This document shows, piece after piece, positions 11,320 to 21,284 of a stretch of 64,000 bases of DNA. The stretch spans positions 32,001-96,000 of the forward strand of contig CAWHOE010000010.1 in NCBI GenBank assembly GCA_963830915.1. Reading direction: 5' to 3'. The position numbers were made by a program, and so were the translations under genes. Below the pieces are notes generated by a model. The model was not told the DNA's origin and searched no databases. It saw only the letters and a program-made list of their open reading frames with translations. The DNA comes from a candidate division FCPU426 bacterium (lineage in GTDB: Bacteria; Oederibacteriota; Muellerivitia; Muellerivitales; Muellerivitaceae). The first letter of the stretch is position 1. Each line of letters starts with the position of its first letter.

Positions 11320-11514
11320 TGGGACTCCTCTTTGGAAGTGTTGGAGTTTGAGCCAAAAAACAGGTGTTCGGTGTTATTTACATAGGTTTAATCTTTCGAG
11401 GCCTTAAATGGCCGATTCGGGGACATTTTATTTAGAAAATCTTCGCAATCGGTGAATGTTGTTTTGTACAATACGGTCCAGTTTGAGCCGGACGTTCAAA
11501 CCTTGGGGAGCCTG

Positions 11515-14500
11515 ATGAAATTCCAATATGGGTCGTTCTTTTTTTTAGGGATAGGTTTAACCATCTCAACCATTGTTGGTTGTAATGGTAAAGCGCCATC
11601 GCCGGTCGCTCCTTCTCGTATCATCTCCCTTAATGTCTCCCTTCCTAGGACCCAAGAACTTCAAGCCAGTCTTCTAGGCTCCACTAGCGATACCCTCCTC
11701 TATACGGCCACATCCGCCAGCGGATCGGTTACGGGTTCAGCGGGGCCTTTCTCCGATCAGGCCGGAGCCGGCGCCATCGATCTTTCCTTGAACCTTCCCA
11801 GCTCGGGGACTTGGCTTCTCGCTTTGGAATTGTTAGAAGCCTCCGACCAGAAACCTTTGGCCTTGGGCGCGGCGCAGTTCGATACTGGGACGATCACGGG
11901 TCCCATTACAATAGAGATGGGCTCAGTTTCCCGTAATTGCTACCAGACGGATACTTGGATGGACCCGGGGGGTTCTTCTTTTTCTTTCGAGAACGATAAT
12001 CTTTCGGCGGGAGTTTCAAGCTCTCTGGACATCTATTTCGCCCCGAGCGCGGGAGCCTTCCAGGTCCAGGCCTTGGGTTCCGACAAGATCCAATACATGG
12101 GTAACGGCCCATTGGTGAATTACGCTGCCGCGCCTACCACTGAAGCCGCAACTTTATCCTCGGCCTCCAAGACAGCAGCCGGGGCATCCAACGCTAACCT
12201 GCAGACGGGAGATGTTTACTGCGTTCTTTTATCAGGCGGCGGACACGCTTGGATGCAGATCAATAGCCCCGGGTCTTCGATCATTGGGCCTTCCTTCCGG
12301 TACAGGGTCAACACCACTCTGCCTTATTACGCCTATGAAAGGACAACCGCGGATCTCTCTGGAGTTTGCCTGACTCCGGCACCGACTTATACGCCTTCCT
12401 ATACACTGACTCCTACTCCGACCAATACTCCGACCATCACGTACACTCCTACCAATACCCCGACGTACATTTACACATCGACTCCCACCATCACCTATAC
12501 ACCGACGACTACCGCAACCTCCACGGCGACACCCCAACCCAAATTGATCCTTTCCTGGGTCGATCAACCATCGTCGCAAAACTATCTCTATAATCAGGCG
12601 AACGTCACGGGCATCCAGGTCTCCCTGACGGCCTTCGGACAAGAACCGATCTCGGTGACCAAGATCGCTTTCGATCTCGGCGGGACCCTGACCAGCGGGG
12701 AAGTGGTCGCGGGAAGCGTTCGATTGATACCCGATACGCCAACGAATGACCCGGCCGGGAACGGGGTCTATACCGCCTCGGCCAACCCCACGCCGGTCGC
12801 TTCCGGAAGTTTCACCAACGGCGGGGTCACGTTCGCCGGTTTGACAAACCTGATCGTCTCCCCTGGCGCTCCCCAGACTTTCCTCTTAGTGCTCAGCCTG
12901 AACGCGACGGGAGGAGAGGATTTCCTCGCGGCCGTCGGTTCCTCCTCCATCCAGGCTTTCGGGGCCACGACTCAGACCCTATCCTTGGTGTACGGCGGTC
13001 CTTTCAATGGGAACCTTCATAACGTCCTGGGTGCGACAGCCACGCCGACCCTTACCGCGACGAACACCGCCACCTCAACTGGTACCCCGTCTTTGACCAT
13101 GAGTCCGACTTTCACCACTACTCAGACGCCGACCAATACACCTTCCAATACCACCACCCAAACCCCGACCGATTCGGCCACGAATACGGCCACGCCGTCA
13201 CCCACCAACACCCCCACCGTGACCATGACTCCTATCCCGACGGTCTATATACCGGACCTGAATTTATTAAACGTGATTCAAAATGTACTATTGACGAATA
13301 ATATCCATGCCAACCTTACGGACCCCATTTACCCTGCGGACATGGCTTCTATCACAAGTTTATACGCCAATTCGGATAGCATCGTCAGTTTGGAAGGTCT
13401 TGAATATTGCACTGGAATGACCACCCTTCAGCTTGAAAACAACGCTGTCACCGACCTATCACCCATCTCAGGTCTAACGGGATTGACGTATTTAGATCTC
13501 TGGTATAACCAGCAAATAACAAGTTTCACTCCTTTGAGTCTTTTAACAGGTCTCCAACAGCTTTATCTCGGGAACAACAATCTTTCCGATCTATCCTTCT
13601 TGCCGAATTTGATCAACTTGCAGGATTTGGATCTGACCTATAACTCAATTACTGATATGTCGCCTGTGACCGATCTAGTTAATTTGCAAAATTTGTATAT
13701 TTATTCCAACCAGATCACGACGGTACCGGACCTAACGGCAATGACACAATTGAGCTATTTGGACATGGATAGTAACTACAATTTGGCGGATATCAGCGGG
13801 TTGGCCGGGGCGGGAAACCTTAACTATCTCAATCTGGATTACACATCGGTTGCTGACTTGTCGAGCTTGAGCAACTTGAGGCGTCTCAATGACATCGAGT
13901 TGGACGGCACTTCCATCACGGATTTGGGGTCTTTGGTGACCTTGGCGCAGGGAGAAGTCTATAACGTTTATCTATCCATCCTGAACGATCCAAATTTGAA
14001 CTCGAACACGAACGTGCCGACCGAGATTCTGATGCTCATGAGCGATAACTGGACCGTTAATTTCCAGGTGAACATACCCGACTCGGCGCTTTATGGGGCG
14101 GTTTTCACCACTTTGGAAAATAATGGCGTCATTAACGGGGATTCGATCATCACCCCGGCGGATATGGCGACTCTCACCAGCCTGACAGCGGAGGCTGATT
14201 GTATCACCAGCCTAGAAGGGTTGGAATATTGCACGTCTTTGACCAGTTTGGACCTGCAATGGAACACCATCTCCGACTTGACGCCCATTTCCAATCTCAC
14301 GGGATTGACTTCCCTCAATCTTGAGAGCAATAGCCTCAGCGACATCAGCCTGTTGGCCGGCATGACAGGTTTGACCGAATTGAACCTGGATAATAACCAG
14401 ATCACCGACCCATCGCCCTTGGCTTCATTGACGGGTTTGATCTATTTGGGGCTGGACGTCAATCAGATAAAAGATTTCTCTTCACTCAGGAGCTTGAGGG

Positions 14501-15240
14501 GCCTGAACGAGCTCGACCTCTCCAGCAACCTTATCACTTCCATTCCAGAAGAGTTTTCCATGCCGCAGGCTTTCCGTTTGTACCTGGAATACAACCAGAT
14601 CACGGATATCCAACCTCTAGTGGACGCTGGGGAGATCGACGGTACCGCCTGGTTATATCTTTACGGAGATCCCTTGACCAATTTGAATGTGCCGACTGAA
14701 CTTCAGCAATTGGCAGGTGATGGTTGGACGGTCTATTCCTGGGTGACCATTCCGGATCCGAATCTATTGAGCGCAGTACAGTCCGTCCTTGTAGAGAATG
14801 AGATCATCTCCAACACATCGGTACCCATTACACCCGCCGATATGGCCGCCATTACGTCGTTGACCGATGACGATAATGGAGTCACCAACCTGCAAGGCTT
14901 GCAATATTGCACTGGAATGAACTATCTGGAACTGGAATACAACAACATTACCGACCTATCTCCTATCGCTAACTTATCTGGTTTGTATTCACTGGATCTG
15001 TATTACAACAATGTCTCGGATCTCACGGCCTTGACCGATATCACGTCGTTGACATACTTGGAGTTGGATGGGAACCCCATTACGGATTTAACTCCTTTAC
15101 TGAACAATTCGGGTTTGATACCCAACCGAGCGACCATTTCGCTATTGGATATTACGATCAACCCAACCATATATTCCCAGATCACGACATTGGAGAATGA
15201 TGGGAATGGATGTACGGTTTATTATTATTATCTACCTTAA
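11515..15240 (+). CDS. large lipoprotein with Thr/Pro linkers and three internalin-like leucine-rich-repeat blocks
   Basis: GGGGAG RBS; lipobox IVGC; LxxLxLxxNxIxDxxP repeats; three caps IPDxxL...PADMA...GLxYCT. Confidence 0.88.
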   Translation: MKFQYGSFFFLGIGLTISTIVGCNGKAPSPVAPSRIISLNVSLPRTQELQASLLGSTSDTLLYTATSASGSVTGSAGPFSDQAGAGAIDLSLNLPSSGTWLLALELLEASDQKPLALGAAQFDTGTITGPITIEMGSVSRNCYQTDTWMDPGGSSFSFENDNLSAGVSSSLDIYFAPSAGAFQVQALGSDKIQYMGNGPLVNYAAAPTTEAATLSSASKTAAGASNANLQTGDVYCVLLSGGGHAWMQINSPGSSIIGPSFRYRVNTTLPYYAYERTTADLSGVCLTPAPTYTPSYTLTPTPTNTPTITYTPTNTPTYIYTSTPTITYTPTTTATSTATPQPKLILSWVDQPSSQNYLYNQANVTGIQVSLTAFGQEPISVTKIAFDLGGTLTSGEVVAGSVRLIPDTPTNDPAGNGVYTASANPTPVASGSFTNGGVTFAGLTNLIVSPGAPQTFLLVLSLNATGGEDFLAAVGSSSIQAFGATTQTLSLVYGGPFNGNLHNVLGATATPTLTATNTATSTGTPSLTMSPTFTTTQTPTNTPSNTTTQTPTDSATNTATPSPTNTPTVTMTPIPTVYIPDLNLLNVIQNVLLTNNIHANLTDPIYPADMASITSLYANSDSIVSLEGLEYCTGMTTLQLENNAVTDLSPISGLTGLTYLDLWYNQQITSFTPLSLLTGLQQLYLGNNNLSDLSFLPNLINLQDLDLTYNSITDMSPVTDLVNLQNLYIYSNQITTVPDLTAMTQLSYLDMDSNYNLADISGLAGAGNLNYLNLDYTSVADLSSLSNLRRLNDIELDGTSITDLGSLVTLAQGEVYNVYLSILNDPNLNSNTNVPTEILMLMSDNWTVNFQVNIPDSALYGAVFTTLENNGVINGDSIITPADMATLTSLTAEADCITSLEGLEYCTSLTSLDLQWNTISDLTPISNLTGLTSLNLESNSLSDISLLAGMTGLTELNLDNNQITDPSPLASLTGLIYLGLDVNQIKDFSSLRSLRGLNELDLSSNLITSIPEEFSMPQAFRLYLEYNQITDIQPLVDAGEIDGTAWLYLYGDPLTNLNVPTELQQLAGDGWTVYSWVTIPDPNLLSAVQSVLVENEIISNTSVPITPADMAAITSLTDDDNGVTNLQGLQYCTGMNYLELEYNNITDLSPIANLSGLYSLDLYYNNVSDLTALTDITSLTYLELDGNPITDLTPLLNNSGLIPNRATISLLDITINPTIYSQITTLENDGNGCTVYYYYLP

Positions 15241-15370
15241 AGAATCCCGAATGGCGGGTGGGATCATCTGGTAGAAACCGAATGTTGACATAGTATGGTT
15301 TGTATCATCTTTTGTTGTTTGTTCGATTAGATTTCAAAGGATACTTGCAGGAAGATAAAGGAGACAGGAA

Positions 15371-15610
15371 ATGAAAAAAGTACTATTGGCGATAGCCGTC
15401 CTGATGATATCCGCGCCCCAAATGACCAGGGGCGCCCAGGATCAAGGGAAACCAGTGCCGGATTGGGTTTTGCAGCACCGCCAAGACCAAGCCAAGGGGA
15501 TCAAAGGTAAAAGGGTCAAACCGGCCAAAAAGATCGGTGGCACGGCCCAAAAGGGAGCGCCACAGGTATCGCCCCTCGGGAAAAAAGGCAAAGTTGCCCC
15601 GAAAAACTAA
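15371..15610 (+). CDS. small secreted basic protein
   Basis: AAGGAG RBS; MKKVLLAIAVL signal peptide; Lys-rich tail. Confidence 0.7.
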   Translation: MKKVLLAIAVLMISAPQMTRGAQDQGKPVPDWVLQHRQDQAKGIKGKRVKPAKKIGGTAQKGAPQVSPLGKKGKVAPKN

Positions 15611-15825
15611 ATGAAATTAGGGTTTCCTAAGTTTTAACCGAGTAAGCCAATAATGAAACATATACGGTTTGGATGATCCTGCCCCCATTATCCCTAAGCA
15701 CCAAACAGCCATGACAAAGGTCGTTAATCTAAAGTTCGTACCCGTTTGTGTTTTATGTTAAAAAACGGTCGATTTTTTCGCTGTCTGACGTCTAAAATAA
15801 AAGCCAACTATTTTGGGGAGGATAT

Positions 15826-16479
15826 ATGGATAGGGTTTGTTTATTTATCGACGGCAGCGGCTTTTACTTTTCACTGAAACGGAATAATCACGCTACCCGA
15901 GTGGATTATCATGAGCTTTCCAAATCCTTGGTGGGTCCCGACCGCAAACTGATCCGCGCTTATTATTATAATTCCGCCTATGACCCAGCGCTTTCCCCCG
16001 ATCAATGGAAGACCCAACAATCGTTCCTGGATTCCTTGACCCGCACCCCTTTCCTTGAATTGAGATTAGGCAAGCTCATCCCTCAAAAAGAGGGCGGATT
16101 CCGGGAAAAGGGAACGGATATTCGGCTGGTCAGTGATATGGTTTATTACGCGGCCAAGGATATTTACGATACCGCGATCGTCATCACGGAGAATACCGAT
16201 TTTGCAGGGGCACTGGCCCAGGTCAAGGAATTCGGGAAGCATATCGAGTTGTGCTTTTTCCCGGAAGGTCAGCCTCGAGAGTTGGTACAGGTGGCCGACA
16301 GGATCATTCCTCTGGTCGAGGTTTTAACAAAGTTCGGCAAGAAGATCTTTCCGGAAGCCCCCGAAAACATGGAAACACCCGAGGATAACGCGGGCAATCG
16401 TGTGGGGGACCCAATCCCGACCAAATCTAGTTTCCTCTCTGGGCCCAAAGGCCTGTTGAAGGGCAAAAAGAAGATTTGA
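15826..16479 (+). CDS. NYN (LabA/DUF88, PIN-like) domain protein
   Basis: GGAGG RBS; FIDG, RAYYY, EKGTD, TDF...VKEFGK pattern. Confidence 0.85.
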   Translation: MDRVCLFIDGSGFYFSLKRNNHATRVDYHELSKSLVGPDRKLIRAYYYNSAYDPALSPDQWKTQQSFLDSLTRTPFLELRLGKLIPQKEGGFREKGTDIRLVSDMVYYAAKDIYDTAIVITENTDFAGALAQVKEFGKHIELCFFPEGQPRELVQVADRIIPLVEVLTKFGKKIFPEAPENMETPEDNAGNRVGDPIPTKSSFLSGPKGLLKGKKKI

Positions 16480-16522
16480 TCTGTTGGCCTTTCCCCTCGG
16501 CAGCCCTTACCGTTTCTGCCCC

Positions 16523-16564
16523 GTGACTTAAGTCACCGCTTTCTTCCCGCCTTTTCTCTAAACT
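16523..16564 (+). promoter_or_regulatory. CRP/FNR-family operator and -10 box of the ric promoter
   Basis: Perfect palindrome GTGACTTAAGTCAC (16523-16536); TAAACT at 16559-16564 gives class II (about -41.5) geometry. Confidence 0.7.
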
Positions 16565-16596
16565 CCTTGAGTTGGTAGATTAACCAGGAGGCGGAA

Positions 16597-17334
16597 ATGA
16601 AAACAGACATCCATCAAAGCATTGGAAGCATCGTAACCCAATACCCATCCACCATTCCTCTGTTCGAGGGTCTTAAGATCGATTACTGCTGCGGGGGAAA
16701 CAAATCATTGAAGGATGCTTGTGACAAAGCCGGGATTTCGTTGGAAAAAGTCCTCCAATCTCTGGAGGAAATGACCGGGGCGCCGGAGCAGGAACAGGAT
16801 TGGACAAGGAAAAGTCTACCCGAATTGGTGGATTTTTTACTTCAAAAGCATCATGTCTACACCAGGGAACAGCTGGCGCTTTTGGAAAAACTATCGGAGA
16901 AAGTAGCCAGGGTGCATGGCCCAAATCATCCCGAACTTCTGGGAGTGCGTAAGGTTTTCAGGCTCATCGCTGATGAATTGGGATCCCATTTGTTGAAAGA
17001 AGAACAAGTGGCTTTCCCTTATCTTCTGGCCTTGGCGAATTCAGCGAATGGAGGAAATGGGGAAGGGCTATTCTTCCCCTATTCGGTATTCAAGAGCCAA
17101 CCTCAGATGGTACTGATGGCGGATCATGAGACGGTAGGGGAGCAACTGAGGGAAGTGCGTCGGTTGACCGGAGATTTGACACCGCCCCCCGACGCTTGCG
17201 TGACCTTCCGGGCTTACTACCAGGCTTTCCAGGAGTTGGAGTCGGATCTGCACAGGCACATTCATCTAGAAAACAATGTGCTTTTCCCCATGGCGGAAAA
17301 GTTGGCGGGTGAGGCGGTTTTGACGGGAAACTAA
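16597..17334 (+). CDS. ric: iron-sulfur cluster repair di-iron protein (YtfE/ScdA)
   Basis: AGGAGG RBS; IDYCCGG, KHHVY, HLLKEE, DHE, HIHLENNVLF. Confidence 0.95.
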   Translation: MKTDIHQSIGSIVTQYPSTIPLFEGLKIDYCCGGNKSLKDACDKAGISLEKVLQSLEEMTGAPEQEQDWTRKSLPELVDFLLQKHHVYTREQLALLEKLSEKVARVHGPNHPELLGVRKVFRLIADELGSHLLKEEQVAFPYLLALANSANGGNGEGLFFPYSVFKSQPQMVLMADHETVGEQLREVRRLTGDLTPPPDACVTFRAYYQAFQELESDLHRHIHLENNVLFPMAEKLAGEAVLTGN

Positions 17335-17367
17335 TTTCCTAACATCGTCCGAAATCATAAAAAGATG

Positions 17368-17400
17368 GGGCGTACCCCTTTGGGCGCGCCCTTTTTGTTT
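17368..17400 (+). terminator. intrinsic terminator
   Basis: GGGCGTACCC-CTTT-GGGCGCGCCC followed by a T run. Confidence 0.7.
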
Positions 17401-17453
17401 ATAATGCGGGTCGATGGATATAGGCCGAAGTTTATTTAAGAAAGAGGCGTATC

Positions 17454-19319
17454 GTGAAAGCGGAATTCGATAAGGGGCCGGCTTTGGAGGCCGATCTGGA
17501 CGCGGCCAGTCCCCTGACCAGCCTTTTCAAAATGGCCATGCGCCAACGAGGCTTGTTCCTGGGTATCCTGGCTCTGGCCGGATTTTCCAGCCTCTTGCTC
17601 CTGCTCCAACCCCTCCTTTATCGGGAAGCGGTCAACGATGTGGCTGGCGTTTTCATCAAGAGTGGTGTGGAAGAAGGTTCTATTCAAAAGGTCGAAGAAT
17701 CCCTATTCGAAGCATGGAAATCCAAGGTCCCCCATACCCGCCATACGGTCGCTCACCGTACCCCTAAGCAAGCCATGTCCACGTTGATCGTGGTCGTGGT
17801 GCTCCTTTTGATGATCTCCCTAACGGCTTCCTTTACTTCCGCATGGGCGGAGATCATGACCAGTCAGGCGGGTCATGGAATGGAAAGGGCGGTCATCCTG
17901 GCAGCCTTCCGCAAAGCCCTTCATCTACCTTTGAGCCGGGACAGCACGGACCGGGCCTCGTTCTTGACCAAGCAGGTAGATCAGGTGGAACAGGTCGAGC
18001 CTGTGGTTACCATGCTGGCCCTGAGGGTGGGGCCGGAAGCCATCCGGTTGATGGGCATCCTTACCATCATGCTCTACCAAAGCCCGCTTTTGGCGGCGTT
18101 GGCTTTGGCTCCCTTGCCTTTTTACGCCTGGGTGGCGGTCGCGTCCACTAAGCGTTTGGGCATCAACCTGGATTCCTACTATTCGCAATGGCAGTCGATC
18201 TCAGGAAGGATCTCTGAAAGTTTGGCTGGCTTGAAAACGGTGAGGGCCAGCGGGGCGACGGAGAGGGAATTGAAGGCGCTGGAAAAGGAAACCTATTCGG
18301 CCTACGCAGGGGCCGTCCAAAGGGACCGTTTGGGAGCCTGGTCCCTTTTTGGACAGGAGTTCCTGGTTCAGATCAGCAAGGCCCTGGTTCTGTTAGTGGG
18401 CGGGTGGAAGGCGTTCGAGAAACAGTTGACCCCGGGGGATGTGGTGATGCTGGTGGCCTATATCGACCAGGTTTATGATCCGTTGGATTCATTGTCAGGG
18501 ATGGGAGTCGTGATCCAGGAGCATATCGGCTCTTTCCGCCGGGGCCTTCGTCTGGCGGTCCGCAAACCGGAAACATTCGGAAAGGACGCGCTAAAGCCGG
18601 GCCCGGGTAAGGTGACCGTGGAAGAATTGGATTACCGTTATAATCATGGTGTCCCGGTCCTTCGCCAGGTCAGCTTCGAGCTACTGCCCGGAAGATTGAA
18701 CGCCCTGGTGGGACCTTCGGGGTCCGGGAAAAGCACCCTGGCTGAATTGGTGTTGGGGTTGAGGCCCGCGTCGCGGGGAAAGATCCTTCTGGACGGACAG
18801 AATATCCATGAACTGTCGGAGGAGGACCTGCGTCGGGCCACGTCCCTGGTTTCGGCGGATGGGGTCCTTTTTAGCGCCACATTGAAAGAAAACCTTCTAT
18901 ACCAACTGCCGGAGGCCAATGATAAGCAGGCTTGGGAGGTCCTGTCAGCGGCCTGTTTGGTGGACGTGGTGCGTAAGCTTCCCCAAGGTCTGGATACTTT
19001 CCTGGTGGACGGCCATGGACCCTTGTCATTGGGGGAACGCCAGCGCCTCCAGATCGCCCGGGCTTTGCTGGCGAAGCCCCGATTACTGGTATTGGATGAG
19101 GCCACCGCCAACCTGGACAAAGCCAATGAAGACCGGGTCTTGAAGGCGCTCCAAGGGCTTCGAGGGAAATGTACGGTCCTGGCTTTAACCCATCATCCGG
19201 CCTTGGCCAAGGGCGCGGATCAGGTGATGGTCATTGAAAATGGCAGGATCAAGGCCGTTGGAAAGCCATCGGCTGTAGCACGTCAGAACGCCTATTACAA
19301 ACGAATGATGAAGGTCTGA
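17454..19319 (+). CDS. ABC exporter, fused permease and ATP-binding domains
   Basis: N-terminal TM domain; GPSGSGKST, LSLGE signature, LLVLDEAT, H-loop. Confidence 0.92.
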   Translation: MKAEFDKGPALEADLDAASPLTSLFKMAMRQRGLFLGILALAGFSSLLLLLQPLLYREAVNDVAGVFIKSGVEEGSIQKVEESLFEAWKSKVPHTRHTVAHRTPKQAMSTLIVVVVLLLMISLTASFTSAWAEIMTSQAGHGMERAVILAAFRKALHLPLSRDSTDRASFLTKQVDQVEQVEPVVTMLALRVGPEAIRLMGILTIMLYQSPLLAALALAPLPFYAWVAVASTKRLGINLDSYYSQWQSISGRISESLAGLKTVRASGATERELKALEKETYSAYAGAVQRDRLGAWSLFGQEFLVQISKALVLLVGGWKAFEKQLTPGDVVMLVAYIDQVYDPLDSLSGMGVVIQEHIGSFRRGLRLAVRKPETFGKDALKPGPGKVTVEELDYRYNHGVPVLRQVSFELLPGRLNALVGPSGSGKSTLAELVLGLRPASRGKILLDGQNIHELSEEDLRRATSLVSADGVLFSATLKENLLYQLPEANDKQAWEVLSAACLVDVVRKLPQGLDTFLVDGHGPLSLGERQRLQIARALLAKPRLLVLDEATANLDKANEDRVLKALQGLRGKCTVLALTHHPALAKGADQVMVIENGRIKAVGKPSAVARQNAYYKRMMKV

Positions 19320-19516
19320 TCGGTTTTATTATCAGCGATTCATTCCTGTCCTTGTTTTGATTATCTTAGTCGTCATGCCGGGTGTCGGGGCCATAGCGGC
19401 CTTCGTGCGGGTGAAATGACACTCACTTTGATACTTCGGTCAAAATACGATCTTTTAATCCCTCTTAAGTGATCTTTACGACTTGAATAGACCTCCTGGA
19501 ATCTGCTAAAAGGTAG

Positions 19517-19532
19517 GTATACAAGAGTATAC
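19517..19532 (+). promoter_or_regulatory. candidate SOS/LexA-like operator
   Basis: GTATAC-AAGA-GTATAC inverted repeat overlapping TATACT, 25 nt upstream of the umuD start. Confidence 0.5.
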
Positions 19533-19557
19533 TATCTCCTTTGGCGAGGATTCTGTC

Positions 19558-20022
19558 ATGCAAGCGGACTATCTGGGCCCCATCAGTGATCATCCTGAAA
19601 TCATTATCCCTTTCCTTGCTCCCCCTGTGCCGGCGGGGGCGCCAGGGCCCCCGGAGCACTACCGTGAAAAACGGATCGATCTCAACCGGCTTTTTCTGGA
19701 ACACCCCAATGATACCTATGTATGGACAGCCAGCGGTGCCTCGATGGAACCGGCCATCCACAACGGGGACTATCTCATCATCGACCGATTCCTCACCCCC
19801 CTTCCGGGCGACGTGATCATCGCCCTGGTGGAAGGTCGGCCCACGGTGAAAAGGGTCATGGGGGAAAGCGGAGCGTTCTTCCTGCTCCCCGAAAACCCCG
19901 CCTATCGACCCATTCCCATCGATCCCGAGGACGGCATCGGGTGCTGGGGCGTGGTAATCTATTCCATCCATCCTTTGCGAGGTTCCCATGAGGTCCATCG
20001 TCGGCTTGGTCGACTGCAATAA
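19558..20022 (+). CDS. umuD: DNA polymerase V subunit UmuD (S24 peptidase)
   Basis: VPAG cleavage-site region, GASM serine, TVKR lysine; overlaps umuC. Confidence 0.88.
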   Translation: MQADYLGPISDHPEIIIPFLAPPVPAGAPGPPEHYREKRIDLNRLFLEHPNDTYVWTASGASMEPAIHNGDYLIIDRFLTPLPGDVIIALVEGRPTVKRVMGESGAFFLLPENPAYRPIPIDPEDGIGCWGVVIYSIHPLRGSHEVHRRLGRLQ

Positions 20023-21259
20023 TTTTTACGTGAGCTGCGAGAGGATATTCAACCCGAAGATAAGGGGAAAACCCGTCGTGGTGCTTTCCAACAACGACGG
20101 GCTGGTCATCGCCAGGTCCAACGAGGCCAAGGCCCTGGGCATCGGCATGGGGGACCCTGCAGTGAGGGTGCGGAACCTGGTGAAAGAACACCATGTCTTT
20201 GTTTTTTCCTCCAATTACGCCCTCTACTTCGACCTCTGCGACCGGGTCAGGAGCGTTCTGGCCGATTACACGCCCAAATTGGAGAAATATTCCATCGACG
20301 AGGCTTTCCTGGATCTGTCCCGGGCTGATGAAAAGGGATTGCCCGAACTGGGGCGAAGCCTGAAGAAGGCGGTGGAAAAAAGGACCGGCATTCCCGTATC
20401 CGTCGGCATCGCTGAGACCAAAAGTCTGGCGAAGGTGGCCAACAAGATCGCCAAGAAGTCCCTGAAAGCGGGAGGGGTGCTGAGCCTGGTCGGGTCTCCC
20501 TACCGGGACGGGGCATTGGACATGACGGACGTGGGTGATCTGTGGGGCATCGGTCCGGCCTATGAGGCCCTGTTGAAACAGAATGGGGTGGCGACCGCAC
20601 TAGCCTTCCGTGATCTTCCGGAACATTGGGTGAGGAAAAAGCTGACCGTGGTGGGCGCTCGGATACAGGCAGAGTTGAAAGGCATCCCCTGCATCCCTCT
20701 GGAATCCATTCCCCCCGGGAAGCGGCAGATCGGCACGGCCCAGGGTTTTGGACGGCTACTTTACCGCCTGGATGAATTAAAGGACGCGGCGGCGCTTTAC
20801 GCGACCCGGGAGGGGGTGAAGCTGAGGGCCGAGAAGATGTCCGCCAAAACGCTGTTCGTGTGGATACAGACCGACCCCTTCGGCAAGGGGCCCCAGCACG
20901 AGGACGCTAGGGATATCCTGCTTCCGGTAGCCTCGAATAACACCCCGCTTCTTATTAAGCACGTCACGGCCGCTGTGGAGGATATGTACAAGAATGGTTT
21001 CGGTTACAAGCGCATTGGGGTCTGGGCCAACGAACTGGAGCCGGAGGATAGCGTACAGACCGATCTTTTCGCCAGGCCGGAGGACAGCCGGATGCCTCTT
21101 TTGATGAGGCTAATGGACCGGATGAACGACACCCAGGGGGCAGGGACCATCCGTGTGGTGTCGGTGGGCATCCACCAGGATTGGCTCACCCGCTTCGCCA
21201 TGCAATCACCGCATTGGACAACCCGGAGGAAGGACCTGCCAGTGGCGATCATCCCGTGA
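19988..21259 (+). CDS. umuC: Y-family DNA polymerase V subunit UmuC
   Basis: VDCNNFYVSCE, LSNNDG, SSNYALY, YSIDEAF, C-terminal SPHWTT. Confidence 0.95.
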   Translation: MRSIVGLVDCNNFYVSCERIFNPKIRGKPVVVLSNNDGLVIARSNEAKALGIGMGDPAVRVRNLVKEHHVFVFSSNYALYFDLCDRVRSVLADYTPKLEKYSIDEAFLDLSRADEKGLPELGRSLKKAVEKRTGIPVSVGIAETKSLAKVANKIAKKSLKAGGVLSLVGSPYRDGALDMTDVGDLWGIGPAYEALLKQNGVATALAFRDLPEHWVRKKLTVVGARIQAELKGIPCIPLESIPPGKRQIGTAQGFGRLLYRLDELKDAAALYATREGVKLRAEKMSAKTLFVWIQTDPFGKGPQHEDARDILLPVASNNTPLLIKHVTAAVEDMYKNGFGYKRIGVWANELEPEDSVQTDLFARPEDSRMPLLMRLMDRMNDTQGAGTIRVVSVGIHQDWLTRFAMQSPHWTTRRKDLPVAIIP

Positions 21260-21284
21260 AAGGAATGACTTTTTTCAAAAAGAT

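Noticed and set aside
15613..15635. GAAATTAGGGTTT palindrome-like element also found at about 61488
   Set aside because: Spacer lengths differ and a 13-mer match is expected by chance in 64 kb.
19321..19419. Short hydrophobic frame after the ABC transporter
   Set aside because: No RBS or start codon ahead of the hydrophobic part.
19558..21259. umuDC as a marker of a prophage or ICE
   Set aside because: No integrase, phage, conjugation genes or att repeats seen nearby.
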